From positions 67,521 to 131,520 of IMG/VR virus record IMGVR_UViG_3300035517_000267: a DNA stretch of 64,000 nucleotides. One strand, 5' to 3'. The notes below the pieces were generated by a model. The model did not search any database, was not told the DNA's origin, and worked only from the letters and a program-made list of their open reading frames with translations. How positions within the stretch are numbered: position 1 is the stretch's first letter; every line of letters begins with the position of its first letter. Source of the DNA: a virus (Duplodnaviria; Heunggongvirae; Uroviricota; Caudoviricetes). A program made the translations under genes and the position numbers. This document shows positions 48,388 to 58,577 of the stretch, piece after piece.

Positions 48388-48461
48388 GGCAGTCCCTACT
48401 CGTGACGATCGAGTACCCTCTGATTCAAAGTCAGATGTGCAGTCCGCTACACCAAGGGACT
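48388..48461 (-). tRNA. tRNA-Gln (UUG)
   Basis: AGTCCCTTGGTGTAGCGGACTGCACATCTGACTTTGAATCAGAGGGTACTCGATCGTCACGAGTAGGGACTGCCA. Perfect 7-bp acceptor, anticodon loop CTTTGAA, CCA encoded; the T loop ATCGTCA is non-canonical. Confidence 0.6.
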
Positions 48462-48519
48462 ATATTGTGAGCCAGTTTAATGTCATAGCTCAGGACGGGA
48501 GGTGATTATAATTATGACT

Positions 48520-48650
48520 CATATATATATTATACTCTTTTTTTATTATTTTTTCAAATTTTCTTTATTTCGTTCAAAAAGATTTTTTCTTTCTTTCTTT
48601 CCTTACCTTGTATATATATTATACTCTTTTTTTATTATTTTTTCAAATAA
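48520..48650 (-). repeat. two direct repeats of about 37 bp (tatatattatactctttttttattattttttcaaat) upstream of the late block; late-promoter candidates
   Basis: Copies at about 48527 and 48611. On the minus strand they read GAGTATAATATATATA, close to the -10 region of the conserved early promoter motif. Confidence 0.4.
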
Positions 48651-48917
48651 AAAATAGGCTGGTTTAAAGTCACAGCCTAGGACTTTTGCACATACATTTA
48701 AGGAATAATAATAGTACAAAAACTATTATACTTCTGAAAAAAACTCTAAAAATATTATATTCTTTTTTTTTTGTTACGGCAAATTATTCTTCTTCGCTAG
48801 TCTTTTCTTCGTTGAGAGCAGCAGTAAGCTCTTTAGCCCCGTCCGCAATATCTTGGAAGATTTTCTTTAAACTTTCTTGGCTCTTTTTACCCAAGATAGA
48901 TAACTTCTCTAAATCTG

Positions 48918-51053
48918 TCATTCAAAATCTTCTCCTTCCAATTCTTCAATTCCACCTTCTTCTTCCATAGATTCTTTATCAGTTATATATATCATAATAG
49001 GTTCATCTATGTCATAGAAAGTTAATGTATCATTTTCATAATCTATAGAATAATGTTCCTCTGAAAGTTGCTCCTTAAGAGGTAAGCCTATCTCATACCA
49101 TATATAAGGTAACTTTCCAATTAAAGGACTAGCTTTTAAGAACTCAAAATCACATTCACTTAACTTATTTCCTTGATAAATAAAAGAATTATTTTCCATT
49201 TTTTGGATACCAGTGTCTCCATTTTCATCTAAGAAATATTTTCCATCATCAAGCTCAAATATTACGCCTAATATTCCACCAACCATTTTATCAAGTGTAT
49301 AATAAACAGGAATAAGTTTAAGATTAACTGAATTGCTCATTTCACTTAAGCGATAAATAGAATCATCATATTCTTTTCTAGCAAATGACGTTGTAGTTAA
49401 TGCTCCAAAAATTTCAACAAGCTAAACCACAATATTAAAACGAGATTCTCCATTTATGGTTGTATACATTACATAATTACCATCGCCAATATTAGAATTA
49501 AACTCAATCTCATTTGTTTCTTCATTTTGAGTCATGTTTATATAGATTTCTTGGACTTCTGGTCTTGGACACTCCTAATAAGTAGCTATATACATACCAT
49601 TTTTTCTAGTAGAAAGTTTACAATATCCTTTATAAATATTCCATTCTGCGTGGACTTCATCATCTAAAAGCCAAGGTGCTACCCATATAGTATTACCTCT
49701 ATAAACATTACTAGGACACGTTGTAATAGAATTTTCTTCTTCGCCTTCTATTATTGAACCTTCTTCGCCAAAATCAAAAACTAATCCATTTTGACAGCCA
49801 TATCTGCCAGAAACACACAAAAATTCATTTTCATATTCAAATATTTTTGCTTTTGCTTCATTGTCATATTCATCTTCATTTTCTTCGTTTCTAATAGTTA
49901 ATGCAGCATTGTAAATCTTTAAGGGTCTACTCTGAGTAGCTTTTTCATTATCAGTAACTGCATATACTTCAAAATAAGCGCCTTCTGTATACAAAGCTGC
50001 TAAAACATACAAAAGAATAATTCCAATAGTAGAATTATCAGAATCTTTATAATCAAAAAGTTTGTCTATAGACTCAACTAATGAAACTTCTCCCATAACA
50101 AATGAAGTCAGTTGGTTAGGTTCATAAGTACCATTTAATCCACCAAAAATAGCATAAATGGCTTGATAAACTGTATTAACAATAAAATTTATTAAACCTT
50201 CATTTCCATTGTTAAGGTCATTAAAATCTAAACTATTAACGACAGTAACTACAGTATTAATAATACCATTCCAAGTGGTATTGCAAATAGGAAATAATTG
50301 GTTAATGAATTCCGCAAGAGAAGGAACATCTTTCAATTGTTTAATAGCAGCAATAAGATTATCAATCAGTTCTAATCCATCTTTTACTAAAGGAGCATAC
50401 CAAACTTCATCTGGGTCTTGTTCCGCAAGTTCTTCTAATATGTCCTTAACGGCATTACTTTCCCAAGCTTCTTCAATATCATCTATTAAAGTAACGATTT
50501 GAGAAACGTCAATTTCTGGAAAATATCTTAAACAAATGTCTGATATAACATCTGCGGGAACCCTGATATGTAGAGTATACTTAGGATACCTAATCTTAGC
50601 CTTAGCTCCTGCTATTATCATCTAGTTGAAGTAAGTAAAGAAGTCAGGGGAAAATACATCTTTCACCTAACTAACGAAACTGACTATTTCCTTATAAAGA
50701 TAAGAGTACGCTAAATCATCTATATCAGTATCACTTGCATCTTCTCCAGCTTCTTCTTCTACCTTCTTTTCAATATCGTTAATCATTTGCTTGTAATTAG
50801 CTATAGTTTTTAATACATCCTAAAATTTAATATTATTATCAAAATAACTATGATTTTCAATAGTAATACTAGGATTTGTTCCAACTCCAAGATCGTCAAC
50901 ATCATCCATTACAAACTTAAAGGTAGGCGTAGGATTAACATCATGCAAACTAAAAACAGCATCTTCTCCCGTATCAGTGGGTAGTTTAACCGAATCTATT
51001 TCATTATAAGTAATAGTGTTACCCAATGAGTTTTTTAAACTAATATTAACCAT
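48918..51053 (-). CDS. late structural protein of about 711 codons read through five in-frame TAG codons; function unknown
   Basis: ORFs 50820-51053, 49575-50621 and 48918-49340 share one frame and are separated only by TAG codons, near 50820, 50667, 50622, 49575 and 49422. There is one start with AAAGGAG 9 nt upstream of the ATG at 51053, and one terminal TGA at 48918. Confidence 0.65.
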
Positions 51054-51055
51054 TA

Positions 51056-52093
51056 TTATTCATCTCCTTTAAGTGTAATCGTAGAATCTTCTTGCTCAAG
51101 ATTGTCGGCAGAAGAAATGTTATAAGTAGTTCCATCAACATTTACATTTGATATATTGTATTCAAACTCACATACTATTTCACCATTTTCAAGAGTAAAA
51201 GGAAATCTACATCTAAAATAGGAAATATCCTGTAAAGTATTTGCAGTAGAATCGCTAAATCTAGTAAAATAATTGCTTTTATCTATATCACTTAATACTA
51301 CTGCGTTTTGTAAAGTGTCAATAACTTGCTTCCAAGCAGTTTCTTCGTCTTGGAGAGCAGAAAACTAAACGTCTTGTGGAACTTTAACTCCACAAAAATA
51401 AACACCATAATTTATAATTATATTATTTAAAAAATCTTTTTCTGCCAAAATTAGTTTTCCTAAATTGTTTAATAAATCTGGGATGACAGAATTTTCAGCC
51501 CTTGCCAATATTCCTAAATATTCGTTATAGGAAATATTGTCAGTTTGGTTAGCCATAACAGTTTCGTTATAACTGTCTATATTTAGCCTTGTATAAATGG
51601 TTATTTTATCATAACTAGGGGAAATAAAGGCGGCTCCCGCACGTCCCCAAGTATTAAACTATGAAGTACGAGAAACATAATCATCAGGAATTGGTGCTAC
51701 TACTATATCTCCTGTTGCATAAGTACCTTGTTTTATTGCTATTTGAGAAGAGAGAGAGGGAGTTATTATCTCTCCCTCTTCTACCACAAGCTACCTTTTT
51801 GATTCTTGTTTGCCCGAAGTCGCGGTAATTAAACCAGTATCACTAACTGTAATAACAGGTTCAGGGCAAAGAACATTAACAGTAGCTTGTTTAAAACCAA
51901 CTAAACCTTCGCTAGGAGTTAAAGTATAAGTGCCATTATCCGTATATGTTTCTTTTACAGAATCATTTAATAATTCTTCTGAATAATAAGGAGCGAAGGT
52001 TTGCTGAGAGCTATCGGTTGGGACTAAAACTTCTTTGATTCCCTCGAAAGAAACACCTTCACCCGATTTATTTAATAAATATACTTGTGGCAT
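51056..52093 (-). CDS. late protein(s) with three in-frame TAG codons and an apparent +1 frame change near 51720
   Basis: MPQVYLL... ends at a TAG (51791) and stays open for 35 codons. An overlapping +1 frame (…YATGDIVVAPIPDDYVSRTS[TAG]FNTWGRAG...) runs into MANQTDN... (51556), crosses another TAG at 51365, and ends at the TAA at about 51056. A frameshift, a sequencing indel, or two overlapping genes are all possible. Confidence 0.35.
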
Positions 52094-52165
52094 TTTAACC
52101 CAGCCTTTCAGGATTTAGTTTCTGTTTGCACCTTTATTTCATCTTCAAAGGAAATATCAACTATT

Positions 52166-52759
52166 TTAGTCATCAGTAAAATCTCCTTCTATATCTTCTT
52201 CAAAATTAATAGTAAAACTTAAATCATTAGCGGGAAATCTTAATTGCATAGCATGAGCCGTTGTAATAGAATTGGCAAGCTAGTTAGCATATATTAAAGT
52301 AGTTCCTTGATATAAAGCTATAGCATCTATAACGCCCCAGCCACCTTGATCCACAACGTCGTCTGTAGAATTATTTATATTGTCAGCAGAACCATCATCA
52401 ATCTCAGGGAAAAGAAGGTCATAGGCATTTATAACGGTTGCCTCTGAACCAGTATGTTTTAAAACTAAATAATTTCCAGATTCATAACTTGATTTAAGGT
52501 TCTTAGCTGTGGTTCCAGTGCCTTCAACGTCATCACTGTAAACTAAAATTTGTCTTTTTACATATTGTCTTGTATCAGAGACTTTATCTATCTTGTCTTG
52601 ATGTTCTTCGGGAAGGTGACTCTTGATAGAATCAACGCTTATTTTTATAAATTTATTTTCATCTTCGGCATCTTCATCCCAGTAACCTAATTCAATATAA
52701 AAAGTTCCGTTACTAAAAATTTTATCCCAAAGCGTCTCTTTACCTTTGGTAGTTATCAT
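52166..52759 (-). CDS. late protein with one in-frame TAG
   Basis: Strong ribosome-binding site AAGGAGGAAGAATAATTATG; TAG at 52280-52282; the frame continues for 37 codons to a TAA. Confidence 0.55.
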
Positions 52760-52761
52760 AA

Positions 52762-53208
52762 TTATTCTTCCTCCTTAGTTACTTCTTGCAATTTAATTTT
52801 AATGCCTTTTTTAGGAGAGCTAGAATAAGCATTTAGTTTTATTAAATGATTTTGTCCTAAAGAAACAGGGCTATTAAATTTAATAGCATACATTGCAACT
52901 CCATCTGCTTTATTAGTAGAATTTTCTCCATTTTCTAAGATATATCTACCATCATAAAACATTAAACCATCTACTGCTACATTCCCGGAACTTTTATTTT
53001 CGTTAAATAAAACCGAGCCAGTAGTTTTCCATTCAAGGTTAGATGTATCAAGTGAGCAAGATATTGACTTATTTCTCGTTGTTCCATTATCATCCAGGCT
53101 GGTAATTCTGTTCATACCGCTTTCTTCACCCTAGCCAAGAGCAATATACTAAGTACCATTGGAAAATAAAGAACTCATAATTAAGCCTAAAAAGGTTTTT
53201 GTGACCAT
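52762..53208 (-). CDS. late protein with two in-frame TAG codons near the N-terminus
   Basis: AAGGAGGA ribosome-binding site 7 nt upstream of the ATG at 53206-53208. Sequence MVTKTFLGLIMSSLFSNGT[TAG]YIALG[TAG]GEESGMNRITS...; terminal TAA. Confidence 0.55.
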
Positions 53209-53226
53209 GTTTAAATCCTCCTTGGA

Positions 53227-55480
53227 TTATCTTATTGCTGTAGCGCTTTCAGTAGCGCTATAATCATATATTTGTTTTATTTTTAAAGCATAGTCAGACT
53301 ATACCGGATCTATCCAATCAATGTCTAGCTTTAAAACTCCATCATTCGCATCATAGGAATATACTTGATAGATTTTTAAAGTATCATCTATTTGTACTGG
53401 ATCGATCCAATCAGACGGCTCAGTCTACTCTACTTCTACTTCAATATCATTAACAAATGTTAAAGAATTTTGGACATTTACTATGCTAGTTTGCGGATAT
53501 ATGCACACACAATTTGCATCATTAATAAAATTTATAGAAGAGCTTAAAGCCTCACTATAATCTTTTTGCTCTGCAATATATAAAAGACAATTATTTGAAA
53601 AGTTTAAAACTAAAGATGAATCCTATTTATAATCTTGTTGACTTACTGTATGTAACCTACAATTATTTATAAATTGTGTTTTTGAATCTAAGATTGAACT
53701 ACAATCTTTCCAACTAGCTATATATAAATTATAATTATTTAAGAAGTTTAAGTCTGATTTGAGATTTTCTTTTTGTTCTTGATTACTTATAAGCTATAAT
53801 CTGCGGACGCCGGTAGTATGTAGCGACATATCTTGTTTTGAAGATTGTTCATTCTCGTATATTAGCTTCGCCTAAGCGTTTGCCGCAAACTCCAAGCTAC
53901 TTTCTCCATTATATGTACAATCTACTGTTACAATAGAAAAATCTAAAATAGTAAGAAAATAAGAGTTCAAGAATTGTGTACAAGCTTTACTAGCCAAGTC
54001 CGCACAATTATCAGAAACCAAAGTAGCTCCCAATGAAAGAGTTGAATTTATCGAATTTATTAAATTATTCTAATTATCACTCTTATATACATCTGCTATT
54101 CTATAATTTTTTTGAACTTGAACATTATTTTCAAAACTATCTTTTAAATCTTCTTCTGCTATTAATTGCGCATTAGCTTTTTTAACAATCTAAGCTGTAT
54201 TTTGCAAACTTGCTTCATTTGTTTTAGGAGAAACTAATGCCAATCTTAATCCTAAACTGGTAAAACCTAAAGATTCTTTAAGGTTCGTTGTAGAGATCTC
54301 TCCTGGCATAACAAGAGTTGCATCAAAGTCTTTTTGAACCTTTAACTTTGGAGATTCCAAATTAGCATCAAGGTACCTAGGCTCTATATTAGTGCCACTA
54401 TAATCTTTTTTAATCTAAAAATTTGAGGTTGTATCAAAAAATTTTAAAAAGTCAACTTGACGTATGTCAAGTAGTTTCGCAGACCTTCGTGTATAGAAAT
54501 TATAGGTATCTTTAATGCTCGAAGGAAACGAATGTCTAGTACAATTTAAGGCAAGACTTTTTCTTTTTATTTTAAAAGTATAAGTGTCATTTGATTCTGG
54601 GACAAGGTTTTCTCTGTCTACATTAACCGCAAAATTTTTCCGATGTAATTTATAAGTGTAAGAGTCATTTGATTTTGGAACAAGATTTTCTCTAGATAAA
54701 TCAATAGCTTTATCAAATCTTTTCAAATAATAGGCATAACTATCTGTAAGAGAAAGACCTTTTCTAGTAATATCTTGTGCCCTTGTGCGCCTTCGACCTA
54801 GCAGCGTCCGCACATTTTTATCCTTTAGAAAAAGTCCTTTTCTTTCCAAATTTTTAGCTTTAGTTTTTCGTAAAATCTTAAAACTATCTTTAGTTTTAGA
54901 ATTACTGTTAAATAATTCCAAATTACTTGCATTGCCATCGCGTTTTATAACAAAAGAAAATTTAGCTTTATTTGAGCCTTCTTGATTAGCAAGATTTATT
55001 GCAGTAAAACTTCTTTTAAACTAAAAATTGTCTTGTATATCAGCATTAATATCTCCATCTATACAAACGGTTGCATTTAAGCTATAGATAGGAATAACCG
55101 TATTAGATGTATTAATACTGTTATTATATATTAATAAATCTTCTGCGCGAGTTGAATTCTAAGTCTAAGCAAATGAAAAAAACTCTTCATCGAATGTTTT
55201 TCCTGGGATAATATGAACTATATTATAAGTATTTTGCGGACGCACGCTTACTGATTGTGACACATCTTGGTCTATAGAGCATTTCGCCATACTCTATAGC
55301 CTTATGTCATTAATAGAAATAATATTAGTTTTTTCATCTGCTTTTGTCGGCAGCTAAGTTGTACAATGTAATCGTACATTCATACTAGCCGCAACTGAAT
55401 TATCTCCTATTAATTCTGGCTATTCGTTCTAGATAGTTACGAATGTAAGTCCAGCCGCATTATCAAACTAGGTTGTAGCT
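53227..55480 (-). CDS. large TAG-rich late protein (tail-fibre or tail-like, with DWIDPV and ENLVPxSNDxYTxK repeats); start not resolved
   Basis: ORF 54415-54921 ends in TAG and shares a frame with the TAA at 53227. The 1.3 kb between has no ORF of 60 codons or more in any frame under the standard code, and in-frame TAGs were confirmed at 53299 and 53425. Confidence 0.45.
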
Positions 55481-55558
55481 TTATAGTTTCCTTTTAATAC
55501 AATTGATTTTTCGTTTAGAGGAAGTAATTGATAATATAATAATAAATATTTTTGTTTA

Positions 55559-56215
55559 TTATCCATTTGAGACATCCCTACTTACGCAAGACCATTTGCC
55601 TTCTCCCAACGCTATTCCAACTATTTCATGAAAAGCATTTTGCGTAGTAGCGGCTAGATGACCCACTAGTCCAATTGTATTTTCTTCTAATCCTCCTATA
55701 GCAATAGTAATATAGCTAGATTGAGGTATTGTATAAGATATATAAAACATATCCCCCAGCGTTTTCGCAGGAGGAATTGTAAAGGCAGTTATATCAGTTA
55801 AAGTGCCTAATATATATACATTATTTGCTTTAATAATTCCATCAGATGGCAATGAAGTGTTTACAGTCATGCCAGGCGGAATTGTAGTGTCAGTATATTC
55901 TTTCGCTTGTTTTAAAACATTATTGATTGAGCCTTCTGTATCCTCAGAACCATTTAAAGTATTAATATTCTAAATTATATCTGCGGCGACCTCGGTATGT
56001 GAATCGATCCAGCTTGATACTTCTTTCAATGTATCAAGCGTTTCGGGCGCACCATCAACCACCGCCGCAATTTTTTCATTTACTAATGCTTCTATATCAT
56101 CTGTTGATATATGCTCGGATACAATTTCTTTTATTTGTTCAACAGCTTCTTCTCTTGGTAGGAAATCTTTCGCATCAATGTATTTTTTAGCAAGAGTATA
56201 AGTTGTAAAATCCAT
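55559..56215 (-). CDS. late protein read through one TAG (ORFs 55970-56215 and 55559-55870 fused)
   Basis: TAG at 55970-55972; 33 in-frame codons link to the MTVNTS... ORF; terminal TAA. Confidence 0.55.
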
Positions 56216-56221
56216 GAATTA

Positions 56222-56407
56222 TTACACCTCCACCCACTCTTTGTCACCATTTAGCATAAACAGTTTATGAGTAGAAATCACAAAAGCGGTACTTCCCATA
56301 GGAATATCTGTGGGTAGATTCATTATATCACTATCTGAGTCACAAACATATTCTAACGCATTATAGGTAGCACGCCCGCCGACAGAAGTTCGATTAAACA
56401 TTGACAT
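56222..56407 (-). CDS. small structural protein, paralog of the gene at 46324-46641
   Basis: Shared CDSDSDI..LP...GSTA motif. Confidence 0.4.
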   Translation of the reverse strand: MSMFNRTSVGGRATYNALEYVCDSDSDIMNLPTDIPMGSTAFVISTHKLFMLNGDKEWVEV

Positions 56408-56617
56408 TCTCCTTTCTAGCGAGTTTTCCTTATTAGTCTTAAAAATGGTTTTCTAAGGATTTTCCAAATTAGACCAAAAATAGAAAAAGGTGGTTTTTTC
56501 AAACCACCTTTACTCGTCTCAAAAGTCTCTCCCATTTGCGGATGAGGGCTGCATTTCGCACAGGGTCACGCTCTTTAAGAATGTGTATACGATTTTCAAT
56601 ACTCAGTTCAGTATGTT

Positions 56618-56842
56618 TCATATGCCCTCCGAAATAAACTTGTTTGCCAACTCTTCGTTAATCATAAGGAGCGGACCTTCTATGGAGTTTATCTTAGCCG
56701 AAATAAGATCCTCCGCATAATAATCTTCGAGAGTCCGCATAACATCTGTAAAAGAATTACCTTGTGTAATTATGCAATATTCTTTTTCTTCCCTATCCTC
56801 AGCAGAGTTCCAATATTCAATTTCACAAACAGCAGTCCACAT
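56618..56842 (-). CDS. hypothetical protein
   Basis: ORF with the conserved promoter upstream at about 56864-56905. Confidence 0.4.
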   Translation of the reverse strand: MWTAVCEIEYWNSAEDREEKEYCIITQGNSFTDVMRTLEDYYAEDLISAKINSIEGPLLMINEELANKFISEGI

Positions 56843-56863
56843 AGTCCATTCTCCTTTTCTTAA

Positions 56864-56905
56864 TTTCTATATATATTATATCATTATTTTATTAATATAT
56901 CAATA
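56864..56905 (-). promoter_or_regulatory. conserved promoter copy
   Basis: Plus strand tttctatatatattatatcattattttattaat. Confidence 0.55.
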
Positions 56906-57039
56906 ATCTTCCCATTCTCGATAAAAAGTTACACAAGCTTCCGCAAGCATCCCACAAATGAAGCTAAGAAAAGAATAATCAGCAAGAGAAGCAACAAGTA
57001 TCCACGCAAGGAATATGAGAAGTTCTATCAGTATTTCTT

Positions 57040-57315
57040 TCATTTGATACCAAGACGCTCCTTCAAATCATTTATTTTTGCGCGATCTTCCTCACTAAGG
57101 GAGTAATCAGGAGTAGAAGGGGTTTCTGTGAAAGCGGAAGTGCGCCCTATGGGGTTCTTGGGCATGGTTATAGAGATAGCAAATTGTATCTCTTCGCCGC
57201 CCTCCCGCGCATTTACATATATTTTCTTATCTTGTGTGCCTACATAGCAGTCTCCAAAAGCTTGGGTAATAGTATTAATTACGTTTTGTCTTGCGGTTTC
57301 GCCACGTTTTGCCAT
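57040..57315 (-). CDS. hypothetical protein
   Basis: 91-aa ORF, no recognisable motif. Confidence 0.4.
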   Translation of the reverse strand: MAKRGETARQNVINTITQAFGDCYVGTQDKKIYVNAREGGEEIQFAISITMPKNPIGRTSAFTETPSTPDYSLSEEDRAKINDLKERLGIK

Positions 57316-58577
57316 GTTTTTATTTTCCTTTCATTATAACAAGTGCTACAATAAGCCTTGCCTTGATACCAAATTATCTCATTGTCATAAAGTCTAGTAT
57401 GACACTTATCACAAGTTACGGCATAATCTTCCTCGTCTCCATATTCTGCGGAGCAAGATTTACAAAGGAAGCTATCTGGGAATTCTAAGCGCTCGCTCCC
57501 GCAAACTGGGCAATATGGTCGCTCTCCAATCTTAATAGAAAAGAGGTTGGAAAACAGCTCTCTCTCCTCCTCATAGCGCGGTTCCCGCAAAATACTCTTA
57601 GTATAATGGGTATGAACGTCACTATTTAAAGCAACAATTGGCGCATAAGTGCTAGAAGTTTGCAAATCACAATATCCGAGTAAATCAGATGTATCAATGA
57701 TGTCTCTAGTATCGAATGTGCGGGAACCGGCATTGAGTTGATTATAGACAAGCATTCCGCGGTTCCATTGTCCTTCTACGATTTTAAAACCGTAATCTTG
57801 CGGAGCGTCAAATTGAGTTGGAAGAAGTTTTTGAAGAGCTTGGTGAGTTAAATTAATAAGCTCTCGGTTTTCATAAGGATACCCCTTATCATAATATATG
57901 TTGTGGTGTAGATCCGTATGGACGAGCATCCGCCATTTTTTCGAGTTCCAGCAAGCTCCGCATTTTAATTCTTGGGCTTCAATATCATCTGCTAAGAATA
58001 CTACAAACGTGGTATTGTCTACCATATAGCTTAGAGTTCCATTTTTATAGTCTCCGGTTAAAGAGGAACAGGAAGTCCAATTTTCGTTATTTTCGGAAAT
58101 GGTTAAAAAATCTTGGGGATCGACGGAAAAATAAAGGTTTCCCGCAATCTTATCTTCCTGCATAAACCGAGAGGCAGTATCTTGAACCCAGCGAAGAGAT
58201 TCTTTATTCGAGAAAAATTTACGAAAAGATTTAGATAACTTTGAACCTATTGTTATGTTGCGGGAAGGATCGGGAAGTAAAACTCTATTATCAAAGAATC
58301 CTCTTTCATTTTCTAAGAGGAATATTTTAAAATCTTTATTTAAAGTGTTGTTTTCTTCAAGGGTATTTATAAAATCGTTGAATTTTTCTTTCTTTTTGGA
58401 AGAAGATAAATTTGCTTTTACATTTGATACAACTTTAAGAATAGTAGTATCTCCAAAAAGCTTGATAAATGGAAGCTTCGCAGCATACCATTGCTCAGTT
58501 AGTCTTTTTGCATTTAAATTAAAAGGGAAATTTTGCGAAGTTTTAAGGGTGTATTCAATGTCTTTCTGTATTGTCAT
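57279..58577 (-). CDS. hypothetical protein with a C-terminal multi-Cys zinc-binding region
   Basis: C-terminal CPVCGS...CKSC...CDKCH...CSTC. Confidence 0.45.
   Translation of the reverse strand: MTIQKDIEYTLKTSQNFPFNLNAKRLTEQWYAAKLPFIKLFGDTTILKVVSNVKANLSSSKKKEKFNDFINTLEENNTLNKDFKIFLLENERGFFDNRVLLPDPSRNITIGSKLSKSFRKFFSNKESLRWVQDTASRFMQEDKIAGNLYFSVDPQDFLTISENNENWTSCSSLTGDYKNGTLSYMVDNTTFVVFLADDIEAQELKCGACWNSKKWRMLVHTDLHHNIYYDKGYPYENRELINLTHQALQKLLPTQFDAPQDYGFKIVEGQWNRGMLVYNQLNAGSRTFDTRDIIDTSDLLGYCDLQTSSTYAPIVALNSDVHTHYTKSILREPRYEEERELFSNLFSIKIGERPYCPVCGSERLEFPDSFLCKSCSAEYGDEEDYAVTCDKCHTRLYDNEIIWYQGKAYCSTCYNERKIKTWQNVAKPQDKT

Noticed and set aside
48388-48461. Whether the tRNA-Gln could be the amber suppressor.
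   Set aside because: Its anticodon loop is CTTTGAA, which is UUG and decodes CAA/CAG. A suppressor needs CUA, so it cannot read UAG by standard pairing.
52093-52166. Short ORF MTKIVDISFEDEIKVQTETKS ending in TGA, between two late genes.
   Set aside because: Too short, with no ribosome-binding site. It looks like intergenic spacer. I found no in-frame TGA within an otherwise continuous gene elsewhere, so there is no evidence that TGA is recoded.
53115-54415. Treating the 1.3-kb ORF desert as a pseudogenised or noncoding region.
   Set aside because: One frame has TAG-only interruptions (no TAA or TGA, confirmed at 53299 and 53425), internal protein repeats and continuity with flanking ORFs. 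Decay would scatter all three stop codons and frameshifts.
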